A stretch of 32,000 nucleotides of DNA from Candidatus Methanophagaceae archaeon. GTDB taxonomy: Archaea; Halobacteriota; Syntropharchaeia; Alkanophagales; Methanospirareceae. Every line of letters starts with the position of its first letter. Within the stretch, counting starts at the first letter, position 1. Shown here piece after piece: positions 15,690-23,239 of the stretch. The translations under genes and the position numbers were made by a program. The stretch covers positions 30,001-62,000 of the forward strand of contig PQXB01000002.1 of NCBI GenBank assembly GCA_003194425.1, written 5' to 3'. The notes beneath the pieces are model-generated. The model made no database searches, was not told where the DNA came from, and worked only from the letters and a program-made list of their open reading frames with translations.

Positions 15690-16475
15690 CTCGCTCTCCG
15701 AGAGTTCCGAGCCCGCTAAATGCCAGCGGTCGCAGTAAGACAGGAACACCTGCAGTGCCTCTTGGTACGCTGCTTCAGAGAATTCTCTCCACTCCACCCC
15801 CGAGACCGCGGTCTTGGTCTTGACATTCTTGGTCTTAACATTTTTGTCTTTGTCCAGCCGAAGCACGCCTAACCCCTGAACCCGCTCGCCGCTTCTTTCT
15901 TCGTAAGCCCACCTGTACGCACTTACTTGAAGGAGGTGCTCGGGGCGAATTATCCGCGAGGTCTTTAGGTCCACGACGTACAGCCGACCGTCCAAGTACC
16001 CGAGAAGGTCCAAAGATCCTGCGTAACCCTGCTCGCTCCAGACACCTAACTCAACCCCAACAGCCTCAAACCCAGTCGCCGCCTCCCACTCGAGAAACGC
16101 AGAAAACGGGTTCTTAATCTCCTCGTCTTCCACTTCAACTTCTTCCACCTCAACTTCTTCCACCTCAACTTCTTCCACCTCAACTTCTCGCTCCTCCCTT
16201 CCTGCCTCTTCCTCTTGTCTTGTCTTGAGTTTGAGGTTGAGGTAGCGTTCGATTGCCTTGTGCACCCGCGTTCCGAGGTCAGCAGCGTGGTCAGAGATTT
16301 CACGCCACCTCGGCTCCCTCTCCTTCCACGCCTCCAGTCCAGGCTTTCTAACGCTGTCCAAAATTGTCGTAACGCTCGGCAGAATTCCAATCGGGGTCCT
16401 GTAAAAATGCTTGGATGCGGTTTTGATCAGTTCTATCTCACCTTTCTTGCCTCTCTCTGCTCTCTCGTTTTTCAT
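15675..16475 (-). CDS. PD-(D/E)XK (RecB/Cas4/lambda-exonuclease-like) nuclease family protein
   Basis: Internal ATG (16475..16473; MKNERAERGKKGEIELIK...) is preferred over the 327-aa track ORF, whose N-terminal 61 aa overlap the divergent rimI region. Motifs GSLDLLGY...LYVVDLKTS (D...D/ExK) and QVSAY (QxxxY). EEVEV x4 acidic insert. Confidence 0.65.
   Translation of the reverse strand: MKNERAERGKKGEIELIKTASKHFYRTPIGILPSVTTILDSVRKPGLEAWKEREPRWREISDHAADLGTRVHKAIERYLNLKLKTRQEEEAGREEREVEVEEVEVEEVEVEEVEVEDEEIKNPFSAFLEWEAATGFEAVGVELGVWSEQGYAGSLDLLGYLDGRLYVVDLKTSRIIRPEHLLQVSAYRWAYEERSGERVQGLGVLRLDKDKNVKTKNVKTKTAVSGVEWREFSEAAYQEALQVFLSYCDRWHLAGSELSESELFRE
16127..16186 (-). repeat. 15-bp in-frame tandem repeat x4 (cttccacctcaactt on +) inside the nuclease gene
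   Basis: Units at 16127, 16142, 16157 and 16172. Encodes (EVEVE)n. Confidence 0.9.
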
Positions 16476-16521
16476 CGTCTCTCGTTCCTTAATCAATAAA
16501 TTAAAAAGATTTAAAGAAAAT

Positions 16522-17040
16522 ATGGGCAATTTTATGAGACGGAGGAAGGCAAGGAAAGAGGAGGAGGTAAGCGTAAGGAACGCAGCAGGTTCGGATTTAC
16601 GGGAAATTGTGAGGCTGTGGCAGACAAACATAAAAACTGCAAACACGGCGCCAGACATCGCCGACTTCTTTTACTCGTTCAAAATATATTTTTTCGTCGC
16701 TGTTTGTTCTGGCAGTGCTTGTTCTGGCAGTGCTGACACTACCAACAAAATCGTCGGCTTCGTCGGTGGCACCGTAAGAAACGGGAGCGGGCACGACGCC
16801 CACATTTCAGGAATCGCAGTGGAGAAGGAGCACCGAAGGAGGGGAATTGGAACGCGGCTGCTAACGACGGTGGAGCGAGAATTTCGGGCAGACGGGTTCG
16901 GAAAAGTCACGCTTGAGGTCAGGAAGAGCAACAGGGCTGCGATAAATTTCTACGAGAAACAGGGCTACAAACGGTCGTATTTTGTAACAGGCTACTACGC
17001 AGACGGCGAGGACGCAATCGTCTGCGAGAAGAGGCTTTGA
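16522..17040 (+). CDS. rimI: GNAT N-acetyltransferase, RimI/Ard1-like (ribosomal protein / N-terminal acetyltransferase)
   Basis: Start ATG 16522 (MGNFMRRRKA...) is preferred over the track start at 16411. Acetyl-CoA motif EHRRRGIGTRLL. NRAAINFYEKQGYK. 15-bp repeat insert (CSGSA x2) at about 16706-16735. Confidence 0.8.
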   Translation: MGNFMRRRKARKEEEVSVRNAAGSDLREIVRLWQTNIKTANTAPDIADFFYSFKIYFFVAVCSGSACSGSADTTNKIVGFVGGTVRNGSGHDAHISGIAVEKEHRRRGIGTRLLTTVEREFRADGFGKVTLEVRKSNRAAINFYEKQGYKRSYFVTGYYADGEDAIVCEKRL

Positions 17041-17041
17041 C

Positions 17042-17245
17042 TTAAGAAGATTGGTTTTGATCTGAAAGCTCTAACGCACCCACCGGGCAAATATTCACGC
17101 ACGCTTTACAGCCGTTGCATTTTTCGTCCGCTATTTCTATCCAGACCCCTTTCAACTCGATCGCGTCCGTGGGGCAGACCGTAACGCACGCACCACAATA
17201 CGCACACCTGAACCTGTCTATTTTTAACATCGTTTTTATCGTCAT
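17042..17245 (-). CDS. 2x[4Fe-4S] ferredoxin
   Basis: 67 aa. CAYCGACVTVCP and CNGCKACVNICP. Start overlaps the AMMECR1 stop by 4 nt. Confidence 0.85.
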   Translation of the reverse strand: MTIKTMLKIDRFRCAYCGACVTVCPTDAIELKGVWIEIADEKCNGCKACVNICPVGALELSDQNQSS

Positions 17246-17823
17246 TTCTCTTCCTTAAAAATTTGCCCCTCAAAAGTGCTGACCTCGGTACCTTCCTGCA
17301 GCCAAGCGTCCTGCGGCAAGCCCGCTTTCCAGCAGGTCTGGCAGAGAAACTCCTCCGCCGACCACTTGTTCTCGGTAGCGACCTGCGGTAGCAGAAGCCC
17401 CTGCTGCATTCCTCGCTTCACGATTAAACCGTGCTTGCCGATTTTTATCTGCGCGGGCAAGTCCTTCGGCTTCGCTCGCAGGACCCGTGGCGGTGTGAGA
17501 ATAGTAATCTCGATGCGTAGGTCTCCGAGTTCCTCTTCCGTTACCGGCGGAAATCTGGGGTCGCTGACCGCCGCGGAGACAGCGGCGCCTACAATAGCCT
17601 CTTTTAGCTTGAAAACAGGGTAAGGGTAGCCGATGCAGCCACGCAGAGTTCCGTGCTTGTTCAGCGTGACAAAAACACCCCCCTTCTCTTCGAAACAGAG
17701 AGGCAGCACCTCGCCGCCAGGCTCAGGCGGTTTTAGCCTGACCTGCTGCTCCTCGGTCAGATATTTTTTTATTGCCTCCCTTGCGAGTTTCAAGCCCGCT
17801 TCTCCTTCCTCTTTAGTCAGCAT
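17242..17823 (-). CDS. AMMECR1-domain protein
   Basis: 193 aa. Hallmark LRGCIGYPYP, plus RIEITILTPP...HGLIV..G...GLLLPQV. Confidence 0.9.
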   Translation of the reverse strand: MLTKEEGEAGLKLAREAIKKYLTEEQQVRLKPPEPGGEVLPLCFEEKGGVFVTLNKHGTLRGCIGYPYPVFKLKEAIVGAAVSAAVSDPRFPPVTEEELGDLRIEITILTPPRVLRAKPKDLPAQIKIGKHGLIVKRGMQQGLLLPQVATENKWSAEEFLCQTCWKAGLPQDAWLQEGTEVSTFEGQIFKEEK

Positions 17824-17855
17824 TTTTGGTTGTTTTGTGTTTAGTTTGCGTTTTA

Positions 17856-17938
17856 TGCGGGGGGCAGGATTCGAACCTGCGAACCCCTTCGGGAGCAGAT
17901 CTTGAGTCTGCCACCTTTGGCCTCTCGGTAACCCCCGC
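17856..17938 (-). tRNA. tRNA-Leu (anticodon CAA), class II with long variable arm, no encoded CCA
   Basis: Reverse complement GCGGGGGTTACCGAGAGGCCAAAGGTGGCAGACTCAAGATCTGCTCCCGAAGGGGTTCGCAGGTTCGAATCCTGCCCCCCGCA. 7-bp acceptor stem, anticodon stem GCAGA/TCTGC with loop CTCAAGA, T-arm GCAGG-TTCGAAT-CCTGC. Confidence 0.9.
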
Positions 17939-17947
17939 CTGCAGTGA

Positions 17948-18346
17948 TTACACGATCATCGTAGCCGCGGAGGCGATTGTAGAGAACCGCTCGACCGCTT
18001 CCCGCGCAACCGGTCCCCTTATCTCCGACGCCTTTAGAATCCCTTTCTCGTCTACAATAACCGCAGCGTTGTCCTCGAACTTTATTCGCATCCCCGAAGG
18101 ACGCCTGTACTCCTTTCGCTGCCGCACTACCACCGCCTTCACTATTTGCTTCTTTATCTCCGGCCTGCCTTTCTTCACTGTTGCCACCACCATATCCGCA
18201 ACCCCCGCCCTTGGGTACCGGTTCTTCACGCCGCGGTAGCCCTTCACCGCGATTATCTGCAGCACCTTCGCACCGCTGTTGTCCACGCAGTCCAACCGCG
18301 TGCCTGTCTGCAACGCCTTCGTCACCTTCGCTCTTACTCCTTTCAT
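17948..18346 (-). CDS. rpl14: 50S ribosomal protein uL14
   Basis: 132 aa. [22 protein letters not shown]...[14 protein letters not shown]. Confidence 0.95.
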   Translation of the reverse strand: MKGVRAKVTKALQTGTRLDCVDNSGAKVLQIIAVKGYRGVKNRYPRAGVADMVVATVKKGRPEIKKQIVKAVVVRQRKEYRRPSGMRIKFEDNAAVIVDEKGILKASEIRGPVAREAVERFSTIASAATMIV

Positions 18347-18410
18347 ATTTACTGTCGCCTGCCTAATTACAATTGTTTGTTTAGCATTTATAAACTAAAC
18401 TCCTTCATCT

Positions 18411-18446
18411 TTCTTCCAAGAATTTCTTCCAAGAATTTCTTCCAAG
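18411..18446. repeat. 13-nt tandem repeat (ttcttccaagaat) x2.8 between the 2TM gene and rpl14
   Basis: Units at 18411, 18424 and 18437 (partial). Confidence 0.85.
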
Positions 18447-18493
18447 TCGACATATCTCAGCTCTAACATCTTTTAAATCAAAGCAAGTAGATC

Positions 18494-18823
18494 CTATGTA
18501 GATTTTTTTAGTTTCCGTGATTTCTTCATCTCTGATTTTTTCATCTCTCTTACCCTATATTCAGCTTTAGCTTCTCTTTCCTTAAGTTCTTTTTCTAACC
18601 AACGAACGCCAAATAGGTAATGCATTGATATTCCAATTCCCCAACCTATAAGCGGGTAAAAGAACCAAATCGCCTCTGGAGAATATATGAAGTTAATGGC
18701 TATCAACATGGCATTAACCAACACATACACCACTAAATGGGCTAAAAAGCCTCGCTTTTCCTCTTCTTCCCTTTCTTCTCTGTACGCTTTTTTATATCTT
18801 TCTAATGATATTTCTTGTGCCAT
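18494..18823 (-). CDS. 2TM-domain small membrane protein (PF13239-like), low-GC insert in the r-protein operon
   Basis: 109 aa. KRGFLAHLVVYVLVNAMLIAINFIY...WFFYPLIGWGIGISMHYLFG fits my memory of the 2TM domain pattern. Charged coiled N- and C-terminal tails. Confidence 0.7.
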   Translation of the reverse strand: MAQEISLERYKKAYREEREEEEKRGFLAHLVVYVLVNAMLIAINFIYSPEAIWFFYPLIGWGIGISMHYLFGVRWLEKELKEREAKAEYRVREMKKSEMKKSRKLKKST

Positions 18824-18828
18824 TTTTC

Positions 18829-18854
18829 ACCTTCTTTCATAACCTTCTTTCATA
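18829..18854 (-). repeat. 13-nt tandem duplication (accttctttcata x2 on +) directly upstream of the 2TM ATG
   Basis: Units at 18829-18841 and 18842-18854. The mRNA sense is tatgaaagaaggt x2, and each unit carries an SD-like gaaggt. Confidence 0.8.
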
Positions 18855-18960
18855 AATTATGTTATTTTCCTTTTTCCTTTTTAATCTTTTTTCTAAGGAC
18901 GTCCAGAAGGTATGTAAATCTAATCTTTTTGAACCATACCAAAAATCCCAATTATCAATC

Positions 18961-19287
18961 TTATCGAAACTTCTTCTCCACGACCACAAAGCTCTTCGTC
19001 TTGCTCAGCGGTCGGCACTCCGCAATCTTCACCACATCCCCTCGCCTCGCGTTTATGCAGGGCGGGTTGTGTGCGTGAATTTTCGACCGCCGCTTCTCGT
19101 ACCGCTCGTACTTCCGCACCTTCTTCAAATAAGACCGCAAGACAACGACCGTCTTCGCCGCTCGGTCGCTCACCACAACGCCTTCCAAAATCTGCCCCCT
19201 CACCGGCAGCCTGCCGTGAAAAGGGCAGTTCTCGTCCTCGCAATCCTTTGTCGGAACTCTTACATCTATTCCAATGTCAGTTTTCAT
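18961..19287 (-). CDS. rps17: 30S ribosomal protein uS17
   Basis: 108 aa. [25 protein letters not shown]...[10 protein letters not shown]...[18 protein letters not shown]. Confidence 0.95.
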   Translation of the reverse strand: MKTDIGIDVRVPTKDCEDENCPFHGRLPVRGQILEGVVVSDRAAKTVVVLRSYLKKVRKYERYEKRRSKIHAHNPPCINARRGDVVKIAECRPLSKTKSFVVVEKKFR

Positions 19288-19292
19288 TTTCC

Positions 19293-19574
19293 TTAACCCC
19301 TCCTTTTTATCCTGTCCTCTGGTCTCGAAACGAGCAAGTCCCCGCTAACTCGCACTCGCACTCGCACCCGCTCCTCTCCGTCTAAATCAAAAACAAAGAC
19401 ATTTCCCGCCTTTGCCACCTTCTTCTCTCTCTCGTCCTCAAGAACAAGCATATTCCGTGTCTCGTCTACCACCGCCCCCCGCAGCCCCCGTAGATCTCTG
19501 TTACTGCTCTCTTCCACTTCTGCCCGCAACCCAATCAGCTCGTGTTGCAAGAAATTCTCTGCCGTTATTTTCAT
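19293..19574 (-). CDS. rnp1: RNase P protein component 1 (Rpp29/Pop4)
   Basis: 93 aa. [36 protein letters not shown]. Confidence 0.85.
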   Translation of the reverse strand: MKITAENFLQHELIGLRAEVEESSNRDLRGLRGAVVDETRNMLVLEDEREKKVAKAGNVFVFDLDGEERVRVRVRVSGDLLVSRPEDRIKRRG

Positions 19575-19595
19575 TTTATCCTTCGCTTCCTTCGC

Positions 19596-19901
19596 TTAGC
19601 CCTCGCCCTCCAGAGTGTAGCCCATTTCACGCAGCGTCCCCTCAACAAACTTCTTCTGGTCGCCCTGAAGTTCAACGCACCCCTTTTTCACAGTGCCGCC
19701 GCACGCGCACCGTGCCTTCAACTCCTTAGACAGCCCTTTCAAATCCACTTCCTTCTCATTTATTCCCTTTACAACCGTAATAATCTTCCCAAATCGCCGC
19801 CTCGTCGTCAAGACCTTCACCACCTGCTGCTCCTTCGCAATCTCCCTGCAGATGCACAAGTCTTTCGGCAGCCCGCATTTCGAGCAAACTTCCCTGCTCA
19901 T
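19596..19901 (-). CDS. sui1: Translation initiation factor aSUI1 (eIF1 homologue)
   Basis: 101 aa. N-terminal CxxC...CxC knuckle, RRFGKIITVVKGI...LKARCACGGTVK...ELQGDQ. Confidence 0.9.
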   Translation of the reverse strand: MSREVCSKCGLPKDLCICREIAKEQQVVKVLTTRRRFGKIITVVKGINEKEVDLKGLSKELKARCACGGTVKKGCVELQGDQKKFVEGTLREMGYTLEGEG

Positions 19902-20158
19902 TTCACCCTCTCGTTCTCTCTTCCCGCCGCCGCTGTTCTCGCTGCTGCCTCCTCCTGCTCCCTCGCTTCCTCCCGTTCAACCGTTTTTATCCGCGCTATT
20001 GCTCTTTTTACCTCCCTTATTCTACCCGGATTATCCGGCGCTCCCCCCGTGGCAATTACGCCCCGCTCACGCATCAAATCCGTCTCCAAACTCTCTAACT
20101 CCTCCCTCCTCTCTTTCCCACTCATCTTCCTTATTTCGTCAATTCTAAATATGCTCAT
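19898..20158 (-). CDS. rpl29: 50S ribosomal protein uL29
   Basis: 86 aa. IRKMSGKERREELESLETDLMRERG...IREVKRAIARIKTV. Extended E/A-rich tail. Confidence 0.9.
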   Translation of the reverse strand: MSIFRIDEIRKMSGKERREELESLETDLMRERGVIATGGAPDNPGRIREVKRAIARIKTVEREEAREQEEAAARTAAAGRENERVK

Positions 20159-20940
20159 TCTCCCTCTCTTTCCTTCTTCCCTTCCACTTCCTCGCCTTCC
20201 TTCTTCCTTTCCACTTCCCCGCCTTCCTTCTTCCTTTCCACTTCCTCGCCTTCCTTCTTCCCTTCCACTTCCTCGCCTTCCTTCTTCCCTTCCTCTCCCT
20301 TCTCTGCTTCAGATTTTACCGGTTTTGGCTTTAACTCCGCATTTTTATTCACAGCGACCACGCGAAGAGCGTCAGGCACTTTTGCGTCTGGCTTCACAAT
20401 CCAGACCCTCACGCCAATAACCCCCGTCCTTGACTTCGCGATTGCGTAGCCACGATCCACAATCTCCTCCGCGACTACACCGCAATGTTTTATGTAGCCG
20501 TCGATCATCTTTTCCATACGACCCCGCGGTCCCTTGAGCTTGCCCGACATTATAATTTCGCAGCCCAACGCCCCTCTGTCCATTATTCGTTGCAGCGTTG
20601 ACCTGCCTGCCCGTCGGAAATGCCAGCCTCTTTCGATGAGTTTTGCGAGTCGGTTAGCCATCAACGACGCGTTCAAGTCCGGCACGGAAATCGGTTGCAC
20701 ATCAATTTGCGGGTTGTCCAGTTCTTGTTTCCGGGCTACATCTTCTGTCAGCTGTTTTATCCGCCGCCCATCTTTTCCAATTATCATCCCCGGCTTCTCA
20801 ACGTTCACCGTTATCTGCGTCCCCATCGGGGTCCTTTTCATTTCCATTCCCCCGTACCCCGCCCGCTCCAACTCCTTCTCAAAAAACTCGTCCATCCGAA
20901 CCTTCTTTATCCCTTCCTTCACAAAAATCTTCTCTATCAC
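20155..20940 (-). CDS. rps3: 30S ribosomal protein uS3 with a repeat-built C-terminal extension
   Basis: 261 aa. KH domain region plus GALGCEIIMSGKL. The C-terminal ~60 aa are (GKKEGEEVE)n. Confidence 0.95.
   Translation of the reverse strand: MIEKIFVKEGIKKVRMDEFFEKELERAGYGGMEMKRTPMGTQITVNVEKPGMIIGKDGRRIKQLTEDVARKQELDNPQIDVQPISVPDLNASLMANRLAKLIERGWHFRRAGRSTLQRIMDRGALGCEIIMSGKLKGPRGRMEKMIDGYIKHCGVVAEEIVDRGYAIAKSRTGVIGVRVWIVKPDAKVPDALRVVAVNKNAELKPKPVKSEAEKGEEGKKEGEEVEGKKEGEEVERKKEGGEVERKKEGEEVEGKKEREGE
20170..20299 (-). repeat. 27-bp in-frame tandem repeat, about 4.8 copies, encoding the uS3 C-terminal tail
   Basis: Units at 20170, 20197, 20224, 20251 and 20278 (partial). ttccttcttcccttccacttcctcgcc with 1-2 substitutions. 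Confidence 0.92.
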
Positions 20941-20981
20941 TTTCCTCTCCTTTTCATTTCCTTCTCCTACCTTTCCCCCAC

Positions 20982-21521
20982 CTAACTCTTCTCCCCCTCT
21001 TCCCTTAACACCATTTCAATCGTAACCGTCTCGGTGTTCTTTGCGGTGGCACGACCAAAGGCTCGCGGCATCGTCCCTTTTAAGGTCCGACCTTTCTTCG
21101 TCGCAGTGTGCCAAATCCGCATCGTTTCAGGGTCAAGCCCCTTGTACTCCGCGTTCCCCATCGCAGACCGCAGCAGCCTCAAAATCTCCGCACTCGCCTT
21201 CACCGGGTACCGCCCTGCGTCCCACTTCCATTTTTTCAACCCCCGCCGGTGCCCGACCTTCTTCTTGTGCCGCTTGAACGGTACTGCTGCACGCTTCTCC
21301 AAGACCGCCTCCAAGAACGTCTCCGCTTCCTCCACCTTCTTCCCTTTTACCGCCCTGCAAATCTCGAACGCGTGTTTAGGCGAAATGTGTAGTTCGTGTG
21401 CCATCGCCCTCGCAGTCGTTTCAGGATCGACTTCGGTCCCAGTTTTAGTTCCTGTTTTAGTTCCTGTTTTAGTTCCGGCTCCGGTCTTGTTCCCGTCTAC
21501 GCAATATTTTACCCTGCCCAT
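20982..21521 (-). CDS. rpl22: 50S ribosomal protein uL22
   Basis: 179 aa. ARAMAHELHISPKHAFEICRAVKGKKVEEA...GRYPVKASAEILRLL. N-terminal GTKT x3 insert from a 12-bp repeat at about 21440-21480. Confidence 0.9.
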   Translation of the reverse strand: MGRVKYCVDGNKTGAGTKTGTKTGTKTGTEVDPETTARAMAHELHISPKHAFEICRAVKGKKVEEAETFLEAVLEKRAAVPFKRHKKKVGHRRGLKKWKWDAGRYPVKASAEILRLLRSAMGNAEYKGLDPETMRIWHTATKKGRTLKGTMPRAFGRATAKNTETVTIEMVLREEGEKS

Positions 21522-21560
21522 TTTTTACATTCTTTACCTTTTTTACTCTGCCTAACTACC

Positions 21561-22025
21561 TCACCTCAGAGGCACATATTTCGAGGACCTCGTAGCCCCG
21601 ACGCCCGCAGCACCGTGCAACACCCGTTTCCGCGTCAGTGCAAGCTCGCCCAAATAATGCCCTATCATTTCTGTCTTTATCTCCACGTACTCAAAACTTT
21701 TCCCGTTGTGAATCCCAACTTTCTTCCCAACCATTCCAGGCAGCACAAGAGCGTCCCTCAAATGCGTCTTAACGCTCTCGCCCGCCTCGCTCGCCTCGCC
21801 CCCGCCGCTCACCGACTTGACCGACTTGAGAGCCTCAAGCAGTTTATTTTCGCCCTCTCGCAGCCCCCGCTTCAATTTCCGCCGCTGCCTCGCGCACATT
21901 AATTCCGCCAAATCCTCAAGCCTCATCTTCTTCAACTTCGCCAGCGTGTAGCCACGAAAAGTGAACTCCTCTTCCTTCTTTTTTAGCGTAGTCTTTGATT
22001 TAGACTTCCTCTTCTTCTTTCCCAT
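21561..22025 (-). CDS. rps19: 30S ribosomal protein uS19
   Basis: 154 aa. VKTHLRDALVLPGMVGKKVGIHNGKSFEYVEIKTEMIGHYLGELALTRK. Confidence 0.93.
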   Translation of the reverse strand: MGKKKRKSKSKTTLKKKEEEFTFRGYTLAKLKKMRLEDLAELMCARQRRKLKRGLREGENKLLEALKSVKSVSGGGEASEAGESVKTHLRDALVLPGMVGKKVGIHNGKSFEYVEIKTEMIGHYLGELALTRKRVLHGAAGVGATRSSKYVPLR

Positions 22026-22063
22026 TTTTAACCTCCTCTTTTCTCTTTAGTCAATTTTCAATT

Positions 22064-22900
22064 TCAACCTTTTCCCCCCCGCCCTGTTCTCTTTGCCGCG
22101 ATGCTGCCTACTTTTCTTCCAGGTGGGGCTCCTTTACCAGGTGTCTTGGACTTACCGACGTGTTGGTGCCCACCACCGCCGAAGGGGTGGTCGACCGAGT
22201 TCATTGCGACGCCTCTCACTGTTGGATATTTCGCTGCACGTGCCTTCATTTTGTGGTACTTCTTCCCTGCTTTTACAAAAGGTTTTTCAGTCCGACCGCC
22301 GCCTGCGACAACCCCAATCGTGGCGAAGCAGTCCGAAGAGAGCCACTTCTTCTTCCCGCTCGGCATCACCACGAGCGTCTTCCCTGCTCCTGCTCCAGTT
22401 CTTCCGCCTGCTCCAGTTCTCCCGCCTGCTCCTACCCCTCTTCCTGCTCCTGTTTCTTCCGTCTCCGTCTCCTGCTCGTGAGCGAGCAGCGTAGCAAAAT
22501 TGCCTGACGCCCTCGCAAACTTACCACCGTCGTTCGGTCTCGCCTCCAAGTTGCAGACTGTGATTCCTTCGGGAATGCAGCGAAGAGGGAGAGTATTTCC
22601 TGTTTTTATCGCCGCGGACTCGCCGTAAACCATCTCGTCCCCCACCCCAACGCCCTCCGGCACAACCACAAATCTCTCCTCTGTTTTTTCCTCCTTCTCC
22701 CCTCCTTCTCGTTTTTCAATCGTTAAGCGAGCAATCGGCGTACTCCTCGCAGGGTCGTGCACAATTTCCGCGATTTTCCCCAACACAGTCTCATTTTTAT
22801 TCACCCGCAAATGCTCGAGTTTCCCCTTGTACTTGTGCGAGGGAGCTTTAAATGTGGGCGAACCTCTTCCCCGCCGCTGCGCAATTATTCTTTTTCCCAT
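22064..22900 (-). CDS. rpl2: 50S ribosomal protein uL2
   Basis: 278 aa. MGKRIIAQRRGRGSPTFKAPSHKYKG...GVAMNSVDHPFGGGGHQH. Insert ETETEETGAGRGVGAGGRTGAGGRTGAGAG. Confidence 0.95.
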   Translation of the reverse strand: MGKRIIAQRRGRGSPTFKAPSHKYKGKLEHLRVNKNETVLGKIAEIVHDPARSTPIARLTIEKREGGEKEEKTEERFVVVPEGVGVGDEMVYGESAAIKTGNTLPLRCIPEGITVCNLEARPNDGGKFARASGNFATLLAHEQETETEETGAGRGVGAGGRTGAGGRTGAGAGKTLVVMPSGKKKWLSSDCFATIGVVAGGGRTEKPFVKAGKKYHKMKARAAKYPTVRGVAMNSVDHPFGGGGHQHVGKSKTPGKGAPPGRKVGSIAAKRTGRGGKG

Positions 22901-22984
22901 TTTTCGTCTCTCCTTTCCTCTCTCCCCCTTCTTCTCTTCTTCTCTCTCCCCCTTCCTCTCTTCTTTCTAATCCTTCCGCTCTAA
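22901..22984 (-). repeat. 84-nt near-pure polypyrimidine (+) / polypurine (mRNA) spacer between rpl23 stop and rpl2 start
   Basis: Direct reading: ttttcgtctctcctttcctctctcccccttcttctcttcttctctctcccccttcctctcttctttctaatccttccgctctaa. Confidence 0.85.
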
Positions 22985-23239
22985 TTATAAAACTCCAAGC
23001 GAGGTTGCGACCTCTTTCGCCTTGCCCTCCTCTTCCAGTTCAATTATCGCTTTCTTCTCGCCTTTGAAAGTCAGCATCGTCCTTACGCTCCGCACCGACG
23101 CCTCAAACACTCGCTCCACCTCGCTCGCTATTTCTCTCTTGTTCGCCTGTAGGTCGACGATAAACTGCAGTTTGTTCTCCGAATCAATCATCAGCGTCGC
23201 CTTTTCACTTGGAACAATGTGCTTCAGTTTCAGTCCCAT
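22985..23239 (-). CDS. rpl23: 50S ribosomal protein uL23
   Basis: 84 aa. IVPSEKATLMIDSENKLQFIVDLQANKREI...VRTMLTFKGEKKAIIEL. Confidence 0.9.
   Translation of the reverse strand: MGLKLKHIVPSEKATLMIDSENKLQFIVDLQANKREIASEVERVFEASVRSVRTMLTFKGEKKAIIELEEEGKAKEVATSLGVL

Noticed and set aside
15675-16658. Full-length 327-aa form of the nuclease ORF and the 209-aa form of rimI (16411-17040)
   Set aside because: The two long forms overlap each other by about 250 nt in divergent orientation. Their N-terminal extensions are hydrophobic or low-complexity with no homology signal. The internal ATGs (16475 and 16522) give proteins starting at conserved regions.
18347-18960. The 2TM segment as a discrete mobile element
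   Set aside because: The flanking tandem repeats differ in sequence, so they are not a target-site duplication. There are no terminal inverted repeats and no transposase or integrase. Only compositional evidence for foreign origin remains, and that is reported as a finding instead.
19542-20420. 292-aa + strand ORF (plus 19693-20148) spanning SUI1/L29/S3
   Set aside because: It is antisense to three well-supported genes. The sequence is L/P/S low-complexity generated by reading the 27-bp uS3 repeat backwards.
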